Assembly: GCA_046760185.1 (NCBI GenBank)
Contig: JBHIDP010000002.1
Span: 1-33,212, forward strand
DNA length: 33,212 nt
Direction of reading: 5' to 3'
Source: Anaerolineae bacterium
Lineage (GTDB): Bacteria; Chloroflexota; Anaerolineae; JBHIDP01
Shown: in pieces, positions 16,552 through 24,496 of the stretch
Layout of the letters: each line of letters opens with the position of its first letter
Position numbering within the stretch: position 1 is the stretch's first letter
Translations under genes and position numbers: made by a program
The notes under the pieces: generated by a model
The model's input: the letters and a program-made list of their open reading frames with translations, nothing else
Database searches by the model: none
Told to the model about the DNA's origin: nothing

Positions 16552-18618
16552 ATGGATGCCGTATCTGAATTCCTGACCGCAAATATCATATTCGTCTATT
16601 TCTTCTACGGTCTGGCTTTCTTCGCCATGGGGCTAGCCGTGGCCTTGGAATCGGGACGGGGCTCTGAGTTTCGTTTTGCTCAGGCCACACGGCTATTGGC
16701 TTGGTTTGGCCTCCTGCACGGGTCCCACGAGTGGCTGGAGATGTTTCAGAAGATCGCCGAACAGACATCAGGTCAAATCTTTCCCCCCCTTGCTGAGGCT
16801 GCGCGTGTAATCCTGCTGGCTCTATCATTCCTCCTCCTCATCGCCTTCGGCGCCCGGCTAACCTACGGCAAGGGAGAATCCCAGAGGCGGGTCTATGGCC
16901 TGATTTCGATCCTGGGCCTGGTTTGGCTGGGTGGTGTGGTAGGCATCCACCTATTCCTCAATCCAGGGATCGTTGATTTGATCGCTGCCAGCGAGGTATG
17001 GGCTCGCTATAGCCTGGGTATGCCAGGGGCTGTTTTGGCTGCTTGGGCTCTGGTTCTGGAGTGGCTTGCCTTTCGGGAGAGAGGCATGCCCCGCTTCGGT
17101 CGGTATTTGCTCCTGACCGCCATCGCTTTCAGTTGGTACGGGGTCGTTGGTCAGCTCTTCACGCGGCAGAGCATCCTTTTTCCCTCCACGATCATCAACG
17201 ATGTCCTGTTTGTCCGTCTGGCCGGCATGCCAGTTCAGCTCTTCCGAGCCATCATGGCCGGCCTTATGGCCGTCTTTGTCATCCACGCCCTACGCGCCTT
17301 TGAGCTGGAGGGTACGCGGCGATTGGAAGCCGCTCGCCGTGAGGCTTTTGAGATCCAGCGCAGAATGCGCCTGGAGACAGAGCAGTTGAACGAGGAATTA
17401 CGCGCGGCGGCGCGGGACCTATCGGTTCTCTTTGAGATGTCGCGTATGTTGGCCTCAACCCTTGACCTGGATGCCCTTCTCCAGGAGGCCATAACCAAAA
17501 TCGTCCAGATGCTTGAGCCGGTACAAAGTGGCATGATCCTTCTCTACGAAGGAGAGGCGCGTGCTTTGGCCCCTATGGCCAGTTGTGGTTACGGACCCAA
17601 TCCAGCAGACAGTGAAAACTTCGATCTCAGTCAGCGCGTCGGTATTCGTGCGGTCCAAATCGGCCAAACCGTTTGGCACCGGGGAGATGGGAAACTGGTC
17701 GGGGAAAAAGCAGAGATTCTGGTGGTGGAGCAGGGAGGGGAGGTTGCGAAGCAAGGCCCCTCCGACAAAGTGGCTACCACTGTGGCGGTTCCGGTGATCT
17801 CCAAGAGCGGGATTGTCGGTAGCCTTGTCCTTGGAGGCCCATACGGCGTTCCTTCTTTCGCAGCCTCAGATGTTCCCTTGATAGAAGCCCTGGCTGGCCA
17901 ACTGGGGATGACCATCGAGAATGCCCGCTTGTATAAAGATGTGAAACTGAGGGATGAGCTACGAGGCCAATTACTTTACAGAGCGGTTTCGGCTCAGGAG
18001 GAGGAGCGCCGCAGGATTGGGCGGGAGCTCCACGACGAGACCGGTCAGGCCTTGACCGCTCTGGGGGTGGGACTCAGGGGTGTGGAGGAGACACTACTAT
18101 TGGATCCGGACCTGGCCAGAACACAACTGGCGGAACTGAGGGATCTCAGCGTGCAGGCCCTGGAAGAGTTGCGACAGCTCATCTCCGACCTACGTCCTTC
18201 CCTTCTCGATGATCTTGGTCTGGTAGCTGCGGTGCGTTCCTACGCCAAGCGTTTTGGACAGAATTTCTCTCTGGACGTCCAGGTGGAGATCAGCGGTGAT
18301 AGGCGGCGGTTGCCGGCCCAGATCGAGATCGTGGTGTTTCGCATTGTGCAAGAGGGCCTCACCAATGTCGGTCGCCATGCCAAGGCTCAGAAAGTGCTGG
18401 TCAGCCTGAACTTTGGTCCCTCGGTGGTTACGCTCACCGTTGAGGATGATGGGGCTGGTTTCAATCCCGATGAAGTGTTGGGTCCCCAGACAAAGCGACG
18501 GGGATGGGGTTTGCTGGGAATCAAGGAGAGGATAGCTTTGGTGGGGGGGAAGTTCAGCATACAGTCCAGTCCTGGGATGGGGACCAAACTAGTGGCGGAG
18601 ATTCCTATCGGGGGGTAA
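16552..18618 (+). CDS. multi-TM sensor histidine kinase with GAF domain (NarL class, HisKA_3 + HATPase)
   Basis: About 260 aa of hydrophobic helices are followed by a coiled coil, a GAF-like region (LDLDALLQEAITKIVQML...GSLVLGG) and the H-box GRELHDETGQALTAL. DLRP, QEGLTNVGRHA, DDGAGF and GLLGIKER are also present. The start is uncertain: ATG at 16552 or GTG at 16519. Confidence 0.88.
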   Translation: MDAVSEFLTANIIFVYFFYGLAFFAMGLAVALESGRGSEFRFAQATRLLAWFGLLHGSHEWLEMFQKIAEQTSGQIFPPLAEAARVILLALSFLLLIAFGARLTYGKGESQRRVYGLISILGLVWLGGVVGIHLFLNPGIVDLIAASEVWARYSLGMPGAVLAAWALVLEWLAFRERGMPRFGRYLLLTAIAFSWYGVVGQLFTRQSILFPSTIINDVLFVRLAGMPVQLFRAIMAGLMAVFVIHALRAFELEGTRRLEAARREAFEIQRRMRLETEQLNEELRAAARDLSVLFEMSRMLASTLDLDALLQEAITKIVQMLEPVQSGMILLYEGEARALAPMASCGYGPNPADSENFDLSQRVGIRAVQIGQTVWHRGDGKLVGEKAEILVVEQGGEVAKQGPSDKVATTVAVPVISKSGIVGSLVLGGPYGVPSFAASDVPLIEALAGQLGMTIENARLYKDVKLRDELRGQLLYRAVSAQEEERRRIGRELHDETGQALTALGVGLRGVEETLLLDPDLARTQLAELRDLSVQALEELRQLISDLRPSLLDDLGLVAAVRSYAKRFGQNFSLDVQVEISGDRRRLPAQIEIVVFRIVQEGLTNVGRHAKAQKVLVSLNFGPSVVTLTVEDDGAGFNPDEVLGPQTKRRGWGLLGIKERIALVGGKFSIQSSPGMGTKLVAEIPIGG

Positions 18619-18621
18619 TCG

Positions 18622-19281
18622 GTGTCAAAGATCCGGGTGCTGTTAGTTGATGATCATGCCATCGTCCGCGCTGGCCTTCGTATGCTCCTGCAAGCTCAAC
18701 CAGATGTGGAGATAGTTGGCGAGGCCGGGAAAGGGACGGAGGCTATCCAGATGGTGCGGGAGCTGAGGCCCGACGTGGTCTTAATGGACATCACCATGCC
18801 CGACATGGATGGCTTCCAAGCTACCCGGAAGATCAAGGCCCTTGAGCCTGAAACGGCTGTTCTGGCCCTGACTATACACGAGGGTGAAGAGTACTTCTTC
18901 GAGATGCTCAATGCCGGAGCCTCCGGCTATGTGCCCAAGAAAGCGGCCCCCACTGAGCTCGTCTCCGCCATCCGTGTCGTACACAGAGGTGATGTATTTC
19001 TCTATCCACCGTTGGCTAAGGCCCTGGTAAGTGACTACCTGCGTCGTGTGGAGAGTGGAAAGGAGAGGGAGAGTTACGATGGCCTCACCAAACGGCAGCG
19101 CCAAGTCGTGAAGCTCATCGCCCGCGGGTGCCGCAATCAGGAGATAGCAGACCTCCTGGTCATAAGTGTCAAAACTGTGGAACGACATCGCGAGAACATC
19201 TACCGAAAGCTGAACCTCCACAGCCGTGTCGAATTAGTGAAATACGCCATCCAGAAAGGGCTCATTGACCTGGGAGAGTAG
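18622..19281 (+). CDS. response regulator, NarL/LuxR family; close paralogue of the regulator at 1222-1878
   Basis: GTG start. Motifs are SKIRVLLVDDHAIVRAGL...MDITMP, then LTKRQRQVVKLIARGCRNQEIA. It shares long identical runs with the first regulator (IRVLLVDDH, GASGYV, ELVSAIR, FLYP, DYLRRVE, SYDGLT, LVKYAI). Confidence 0.9.
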   Translation: MSKIRVLLVDDHAIVRAGLRMLLQAQPDVEIVGEAGKGTEAIQMVRELRPDVVLMDITMPDMDGFQATRKIKALEPETAVLALTIHEGEEYFFEMLNAGASGYVPKKAAPTELVSAIRVVHRGDVFLYPPLAKALVSDYLRRVESGKERESYDGLTKRQRQVVKLIARGCRNQEIADLLVISVKTVERHRENIYRKLNLHSRVELVKYAIQKGLIDLGE

Positions 19282-19315
19282 AATAGTCCCAAGGCCAAGC
19301 ACTGTCTTTTATGAG

Positions 19316-19349
19316 AAAAAGACCCCATCCTCAGATGGGGTCTTTTTTT
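19316..19349 (+). terminator. intrinsic terminator after the second regulator
   Basis: AGACCCCATC (19320-19329), loop CTCA, GATGGGGTCT (19334-19343), followed by a T run. Confidence 0.75.
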
Positions 19350-19454
19350 GTGAAAGTTGGGATTATTACAGGATTCACAAATGAACTCTAATCTGCTACA
19401 GTGATAATGGAAGGAAAAGGATGGGCAGTTAATCCAGAAAGGAGGGCAGCAAAG

Positions 19455-19802
19455 ATGCTTGAGGATGTACTGATTATCCTGGCTATGTTTGCCCTCCGCA
19501 TCGGTGTACCGATTTTGATTACCATAAGCGTGGGTCTCCTGATCTCGCGATGGGTCGAGAGGGAAGAGAAAGGGACGGTTGAGCGGCCTGAAACAGTGGT
19601 GCCTTTGCCCGATGAAGATGCTCAGACACCGACCCTGCCCCGGCCTCCTTCGGAGATCAAGGACCATGAGCCGAGGCGAGCAGCGTGCCCGGCCTTCCAA
19701 CAAACCCCGGTACCGTGTTGGCTGGCTCTGCAAGTCAGCGGTCAACCTCTTAAGGATGAATGTTTCACTTGTGATGTGTATAGGTTGCGAAAGAGTGCTT
19801 AG
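19455..19802 (+). CDS. small single-pass membrane protein with a 4-Cys C-terminal domain (paralogue P1)
   Basis: AAGGAGGG lies 8 nt before the ATG at 19455. The sequence runs MLEDVLIILAMFALRIGVPILITISVGLLISRW...ACPAFQQTPVPCWLALQVSGQPLKDECFTCDVYRLRKSA. The track ORF from 19401 is an upstream extension. Confidence 0.7.
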   Translation: MLEDVLIILAMFALRIGVPILITISVGLLISRWVEREEKGTVERPETVVPLPDEDAQTPTLPRPPSEIKDHEPRRAACPAFQQTPVPCWLALQVSGQPLKDECFTCDVYRLRKSA

Positions 19803-19835
19803 CAAAATGGCTAGTTTTGGAGCAAGCACTTAGAG

Positions 19836-19917
19836 CCTATCCGAAAACCCAGCAGCGGGGGCTCCCATGCCCCCACTGGGCGGGCGTGGGAGCCAGCCCA
19901 GCTAGTTTTCGGATAGG
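19836..19917. repeat. 82-bp nested palindromic element between P1 and P2
   Basis: The outer perfect 13-bp inverted repeat is CCTATCCGAAAAC (19836-19848) with GTTTTCGGATAGG (19905-19917). The inner GC-rich repeat is GGCTCCCATGCCC (19860-19872) with GGGCGTGGGAGCC (19882-19894). It is flanked by an imperfect direct repeat GCTAGTTTT(C)GGA...ACTTAG. Confidence 0.7.
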
Positions 19918-19951
19918 TACTTAGCAGCCAAAGCTCAAGGAGGTGATAACA

Positions 19952-20152
19952 ATGCAAGACATCGTAATCATGCTTTTCATGCTGATCACACGCATAGGGC
20001 TACCGGTGTTGGCGGTCGTTGTTGCTGGCTACCTGATCGAGCGCTGGTACACCGCCCGCGAGCAGGCGGCCAGTCGGGAGGAGACTTTCTCCACCGGCCG
20101 GACAGCCGATGCCGGATACGAGGAGACCGAGCGAAGGAAAAAGGCTGCCTGA
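19952..20152 (+). CDS. small single-pass membrane protein, paralogue P2 lacking the Cys-rich tail
   Basis: AAGGAGG (19937-19943) lies 8 nt before the ATG at 19952. MQDIVIMLFMLITRIGLPVLAVVVAGYLIERW is followed by a charged tail. Confidence 0.6.
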   Translation: MQDIVIMLFMLITRIGLPVLAVVVAGYLIERWYTAREQAASREETFSTGRTADAGYEETERRKKAA

Positions 20153-20250
20153 TAGTAAACCAACGTCGTCAGCCGCAGATCGGTGCCTTACAGGGGACAA
20201 TCTCTTCGCAGATGCCCTTAGACTGAACAGTTCCGCTAAGGAGGTTCTCA

Positions 20251-21327
20251 ATGAAACTGACTTCTACCCTTGGGCTACTGATGGTAGTTGCAGGGCTCAT
20301 CCTCCTCATGCTGGCCGGGCCGGTTCAAGCCCAGTCCCCGGCGGTGCCGCCCATCCCTCACTCTACAGAAGATCAGACTGATTGTCAGGCCTGTCACAGC
20401 GAAGGGGGAGCAGGAGCACCAAGAAACCCTGAGGACCATGCTGGCCGGTCCAATGAGTCCTGCCAACTATGCCATAAAGTGGACCTAAGCGTATCCACAG
20501 TCGCCTCGGCCAGGGATGAAGCATCGTTGACCCCCGCAGACTACCAGGGCCCTGATTACTGTGCGCCTTGCCATGCAGCGCAGTACGAGCAGTGGAAAGG
20601 GACCTTACATGCCCAGGCTGCTGTTGACCCCAAGTTTCAGGAGGAATGGCTGAAAAGCCGGAAACAAGCCTACTGCTTGGCCTGCCACACCACCGGTTAT
20701 GATGCCAACACCACTAAGTTCGTCTTTGAAGGGGTAACATGTGAATCATGTCACGGAGCTTACAAAGAGGGGCACCCACCGGCGGTGATGGAGGTCAAGG
20801 AAGAGGCTGAGCTGTGTGGCTCTTGCCACACCGGGGTCCATTCTCCGACCTATGAGGAATGGCTTGTCAGCAGCCATGCCAGAGGAAATGTGGAATGTGC
20901 AAACTGCCATTTAGGCCATTCTCTGGACTTGCGGGCTGAGAACCTCTCTGAGTTGTGTGGAACCTGTCACCATCAGGCCTATGAAGGATCGGTCCACTCC
21001 ATTGAGGGCCTGACCTGCAACGGGTGTCACATGTATACGGGGCTCGAAAGGACTGAATTCAGGAGCACAGGGCACACCTTTGAGATCGCCCCTGAGGTCT
21101 GTGCTGGTTGTCATGGCATGATTCACAGCAAGCGCGAACCGAACCTTGAAGCCTCTGTTCAAGAGACTCTTCAAGAGCAAGTGTTGGTTCTTCAAAGACA
21201 GGTTGCCCAATTGCAGGAATCAGCATCCAACAATCTGGGTATGGGGTTGACGGTGGGTATCGTCGGTGGCCTGCCACTGGGGTTTGGAGCAGCCTGGATA
21301 ATTAAGAAGAGAGGTGCTAAGAAGTGA
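20251..21327 (+). CDS. decahaem c-type cytochrome with an N-terminal signal peptide and a C-terminal TM anchor
   Basis: AAGGAGG RBS. There are ten CxxCH motifs (CQACH, CQLCH, CAPCH, CLACH, CESCH, CGSCH, CANCH, CGTCH, CNGCH, CAGCH). The C-terminus has a coiled segment and the helix GLTVGIVGGLPLGFGAAWII followed by KKRGAKK. Confidence 0.9.
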   Translation: MKLTSTLGLLMVVAGLILLMLAGPVQAQSPAVPPIPHSTEDQTDCQACHSEGGAGAPRNPEDHAGRSNESCQLCHKVDLSVSTVASARDEASLTPADYQGPDYCAPCHAAQYEQWKGTLHAQAAVDPKFQEEWLKSRKQAYCLACHTTGYDANTTKFVFEGVTCESCHGAYKEGHPPAVMEVKEEAELCGSCHTGVHSPTYEEWLVSSHARGNVECANCHLGHSLDLRAENLSELCGTCHHQAYEGSVHSIEGLTCNGCHMYTGLERTEFRSTGHTFEIAPEVCAGCHGMIHSKREPNLEASVQETLQEQVLVLQRQVAQLQESASNNLGMGLTVGIVGGLPLGFGAAWIIKKRGAKK

Positions 21328-22115
21328 AGGAGAAGACACGCTTTGCCAGGAGAGATTTCCTTAAGCTGATGGGAGCACTGGGGGCCTCGGCCCTCTTAGC
21401 CAGGTTCGCTTCATGGTCTCCTTTCTTCCATGAGCGAGCTGAGGCCAGCTTTCCCCAGGCGGAAGCTCCCCAGCGGAGAAAGCCGAGGTGGGCTATGGTC
21501 ATAGACCAGGGGAGGTGCATTGGCTGCGATTATTGCACCTTTGCCTGCAAGGCTGTGAATGATACAGCGCCGAACATCTACTGGAACCTCGTCCTTACCG
21601 AAAGCGGGCTACGGGGAGGCCACGTATTTCTGCCCAGACCTTGCCTGCACTGTCAGCACGCCCCCTGCGTCGAAGTCTGCCCGGTGGGAGCTACCTATGC
21701 CAGAGAAGATGGCATCATTGTCATGGACTATAACAAATGCATCGGATGCCGCTATTGTGAGGTCGCCTGTCCCTACGGAGCGCGCTACTTCAACTGGAAA
21801 GAGCCCACCGAGGAGAACCGGTACGTGCCTGCCTGGGGCACGCCGGAAGTAGAGAGACGTCCACGAGGAGTGGTGGAGAAATGCTCCTTCTGCATCCAGA
21901 GGATAGACAGGGGGTTGGCAAGAGGCTTGACGCCAGGGGTTGATCGCGAGGCCACGCCAGCCTGCGTCAACATCTGCCCCGTGGAGGCGCGGTTCTTCGG
22001 TGATTTGAACGACCCTACAAGCAAGGTCTCTCAACTGCTCCGCAGCAGAAGGAGCTTCCGGCTCAGGGAAGACCTAGGAACCGAACCACGAGTTTACTAT
22101 TCGCCACCATCATAG
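21324..22115 (+). CDS. TAT-exported 4x[4Fe-4S] protein of the NrfC/PsrB/DmsB family
   Basis: The GTG start overlaps the cytochrome stop (GTGA). The twin-arginine signal is RRDFLKLMGALGASALL. Cys clusters are CIGCDYCTFAC, CLHCQHAPCVEVCP, CIGCRYCEVACP and CSFC...CVNICP. Confidence 0.9.
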   Translation: MKEKTRFARRDFLKLMGALGASALLARFASWSPFFHERAEASFPQAEAPQRRKPRWAMVIDQGRCIGCDYCTFACKAVNDTAPNIYWNLVLTESGLRGGHVFLPRPCLHCQHAPCVEVCPVGATYAREDGIIVMDYNKCIGCRYCEVACPYGARYFNWKEPTEENRYVPAWGTPEVERRPRGVVEKCSFCIQRIDRGLARGLTPGVDREATPACVNICPVEARFFGDLNDPTSKVSQLLRSRRSFRLREDLGTEPRVYYSPPS

Positions 22116-22173
22116 ATGGTACCACTTACCGTAACCTATGGCCTATCTTTTGTGACTGCTTGAATTGCATTTT

Positions 22174-22527
22174 GAGACCCTTGCATAATTCATGGAACGG
22201 CGTTCCGTCTGCTACGGAGGGGCGTCCCCGCCTCGCCTTGAGCGGTGAGGGCGCCTGGAACGGGGCGAGGACGCCCCTTGGCAGCAAGAGAGGGTTTTCC
22301 TGACCTTTCTTAACTGATTTTATGCAAGGCTCTCTGTATTCATAGAGGAGAGAGCCTTTCATAATTCGCAGGATATCGTTCTATCAGCTAACATGGTATC
22401 CGGAGTCGAGGCTTTCCCTGGCACCTGTGCGCCAGGACAGGTGAGCCGGATTTTGAGAGCCAAAACCGCCTGAAGGCTCCACTCCAGGTGACAAAGCAGT
22501 GTCCTGCTCGATTTATGCAAGGGTCTC
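22174..22527. repeat. about 350-bp structured insertion-like element between the NrfC-like and NrfD-like genes, bounded by 15-bp perfect inverted repeats
   Basis: GAGACCCTTGCATAA (22174-22188) pairs with TTATGCAAGGGTCTC (22513-22527). A second inner copy pair is TTATGCAAGGCTCTC (22320-22334) with GAGAGCCTTTCATAA (22350-22364). A GC-rich hairpin AGGGGCGTCC...GGACGCCCCT lies at about 22225-22280. Confidence 0.6.
22402..22485. repeat. dispersed repeat, copy 1 (long form)
   Basis: GGAGTCGAGGCTTT ... AGCCGG ... CCGCCTGAAGGCTCCACTCC. It shares the 14-nt and 20-nt blocks with 33090-33135. The terminal blocks are mutually complementary at 11 of 13 positions. Confidence 0.7.
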
Positions 22528-22553
22528 CATTTTGGCAAAGTGAGGGGTTCGAC

Positions 22554-23741
22554 ATGTTTGGAAAGAGGATATCGGCAGCCTTCGTTATCTGGGTAGGGGC
22601 CTTGCTGTCGGTCATAGCCGTTGGAGCCTGCGGTGCCTACTTTGTCTTCACCCGTGGCCTGATCGTCACGGGACTGAGTGACGCGGTTCCCTGGGGCCTC
22701 TGGATCACCGTGGATCTATCCTCCATCGCTCTCAGCGCTGGAGCGTTCAGTGTCTCTGCCGCCATCTACATTCTCAAGATGGAGAAGTACAAACCGATTG
22801 GTAGGTTGGCGGTCTTCATCGGCCTGATCGGGTACAGCATGGCAGTTATGACCCTCCTGTTTGACATCGGGCGTCCGGAGAGGTTTTGGCATATTCTGGC
22901 CTTCGGCCAGCCTCATTCGGTCCTGTGGGAGGTAACCTGGTGTATCACTCTGTACCTGGTGGTCTTGATCACAGAGGTAGCTCCTATTGTGGGCGAGACC
23001 AGGATAGTGCAAAGGTTGCCCTTGATCCCCAAACTGACCTACAAATTGCACCAAGCCACGCCCATCCTGGCCGTGGTCGGACTGATCCTGTCCTTGCTTC
23101 ACCAGTCCTCACTGGGTGCCACCTACGGCGTGGTCAAGGCCCGGCCTATCTGGTTCAAGCCCAACATGGCTGTCCTGTTCATCGGCTCGGCCATAGCAGG
23201 TGGTCTATCCCTTACTATCCTGGCCAGCCTTGCTACCTCCAGAATCGCCCGGAGGGAGGTGGTGAAAAAAGAGCTTCTCTTCGATCTGGCAAAGGTTACG
23301 GCTGTGGTGCTGATTGCCTACCTGTACCTGAAGCTCTGGGATACAGTGGGAATGAGCTATACCTATCTCCCCATGCGGAGCGAGAGCTTGGCATTACTGA
23401 CCCGGGGACCATATAGTTGGGCCTTCTGGGGGTGGGAGATCATTTTAGGTGGGGTTGTGCCGGCCGTGATCCTGGCCGTACCCAGGCTGCGTGAGAACAT
23501 CTGGGGACTGTTTACAGCCTGTGCTTTAGTCGTTATCGGTGTGGTTATCAATAGGTGGAACGTCAACATCTCGGGCCTGGTGACCCCTCTCGTGCTCTCC
23601 CCTTCACTCTCCCTTTCCCCGTTGGCACAGTACACCCCGACATGGGTGGAGTGGGTCACTAGCGCTGGTGTCGTTGCCTATGGATTGCTGGCCTACACTT
23701 TGGGTACCAGGTTCCTGCCTATCTTTGTCCAATCTGAGTGA
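22554..23741 (+). CDS. NrfD/PsrC-family polytopic quinone-interacting membrane subunit
   Basis: GAGGGG RBS before the ATG at 22554 (MFGKRISAAFVIWVGALLSV...). About 395 aa with many hydrophobic helices. It sits downstream of the NrfC-like gene. The track ORF from 22488 is an extension. Confidence 0.88.
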   Translation: MFGKRISAAFVIWVGALLSVIAVGACGAYFVFTRGLIVTGLSDAVPWGLWITVDLSSIALSAGAFSVSAAIYILKMEKYKPIGRLAVFIGLIGYSMAVMTLLFDIGRPERFWHILAFGQPHSVLWEVTWCITLYLVVLITEVAPIVGETRIVQRLPLIPKLTYKLHQATPILAVVGLILSLLHQSSLGATYGVVKARPIWFKPNMAVLFIGSAIAGGLSLTILASLATSRIARREVVKKELLFDLAKVTAVVLIAYLYLKLWDTVGMSYTYLPMRSESLALLTRGPYSWAFWGWEIILGGVVPAVILAVPRLRENIWGLFTACALVVIGVVINRWNVNISGLVTPLVLSPSLSLSPLAQYTPTWVEWVTSAGVVAYGLLAYTLGTRFLPIFVQSE

Positions 23742-23800
23742 GGGGATTACCTGAGCCGTCCATTTTCGGAGAGAGCTGATGCTCGAAAGGAGGGATGACT

Positions 23801-24178
23801 ATGTTGGAGTTGATGTTGGACTCTGTCGTTGTACTGTTTATGTTGCTGCTCAGGGTTGGCATTCCGCTGCTGATAACGATTGGCGTGTTTAAACTCATCC
23901 AGCGCTGGCAGGGTCATCAACAAGAAGATATCTTGCAGCAAATCCGTGCGGAGAGGGCCAAAGTTGCTCAGCCGGTGGCCGAGAGGGAAGTCCCCAACAC
24001 AGTTGTGCGTCGTCTGCGCTGCTGGGATGTGATGAGGTGTCCGCCGCCCAAGAGAGACAACTGTCCAGCTTACCACCACTCGTATGTTCCTTGCTGGCTA
24101 GCTATCCGTTTGAGCGAGGGGCAGCTCAGGGAGGAGTGTTATGCCTGCAGGTTCTACGATCTGAGGAAAACGGCCTGA
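23801..24178 (+). CDS. small single-pass membrane protein with a 6-Cys C-terminal domain (paralogue P3)
   Basis: AAGGAGGG (23787-23794) lies 6 nt before the ATG at 23801. The sequence runs MLELMLDSVVVLFMLLLRVGIPLLITIGVFKLIQRW...RCWDVMRCPPPKRDNCPAYHHSYVPCWLAIRLSEGQLREECYACRFYDLRKTA. Confidence 0.75.
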   Translation: MLELMLDSVVVLFMLLLRVGIPLLITIGVFKLIQRWQGHQQEDILQQIRAERAKVAQPVAEREVPNTVVRRLRCWDVMRCPPPKRDNCPAYHHSYVPCWLAIRLSEGQLREECYACRFYDLRKTA

Positions 24179-24253
24179 GGAAAGAAGGTGGATCAATCTC
24201 AAGCCCCGTGGTAGCTGGGATTAGGGGGTGTCAAGTTGCTTCTTAACAACCCC

Positions 24254-24496
24254 TTAGTCCTTCCCACTGTCAGGTATCCCATCCGCCTGGGCTGATGTCT
24301 CCCCTGCATTTTCCTCGATGCCCGCATCCGCGTCCGAATCTTCAGAATTTGTTGTCAGAATCTGATCCTTCAGTTCAGCCAATGTTTTCCGGATTTCATC
24401 CAACTCTTCGGCATGGAGTTTCTGATACGACTCCAATTGTTGCTCCAAACGCAGAATACGGATGGCAAGGTCGCTCTCTTGGGCTATCCGTACCAC
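24254..24496 (-). CDS. small acidic coiled-coil hypothetical protein (80 aa)
   Basis: GTG start with GGAGG 5 nt upstream. LRLEQQLESYQKLHAEELDEIRKTLAELKDQ has heptad character and the tail is acidic. Confidence 0.45.
   Translation of the reverse strand: MVRIAQESDLAIRILRLEQQLESYQKLHAEELDEIRKTLAELKDQILTTNSEDSDADAGIEENAGETSAQADGIPDSGKD

Noticed and set aside
19200-19829. 209-aa - strand ORF spanning the regulator 3' end, the terminator and P1
   Set aside because: It runs through an intrinsic terminator and intergenic DNA, and it is antisense to two well-supported + strand genes. It has no RBS.
22886-23416. 176-aa + strand alternative-frame ORF, plus a 128-aa - strand ORF, inside the NrfD-like gene
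   Set aside because: These are off-frame or antisense products rich in Arg, Gly and Pro. The annotated frame gives a coherent polytopic membrane protein.
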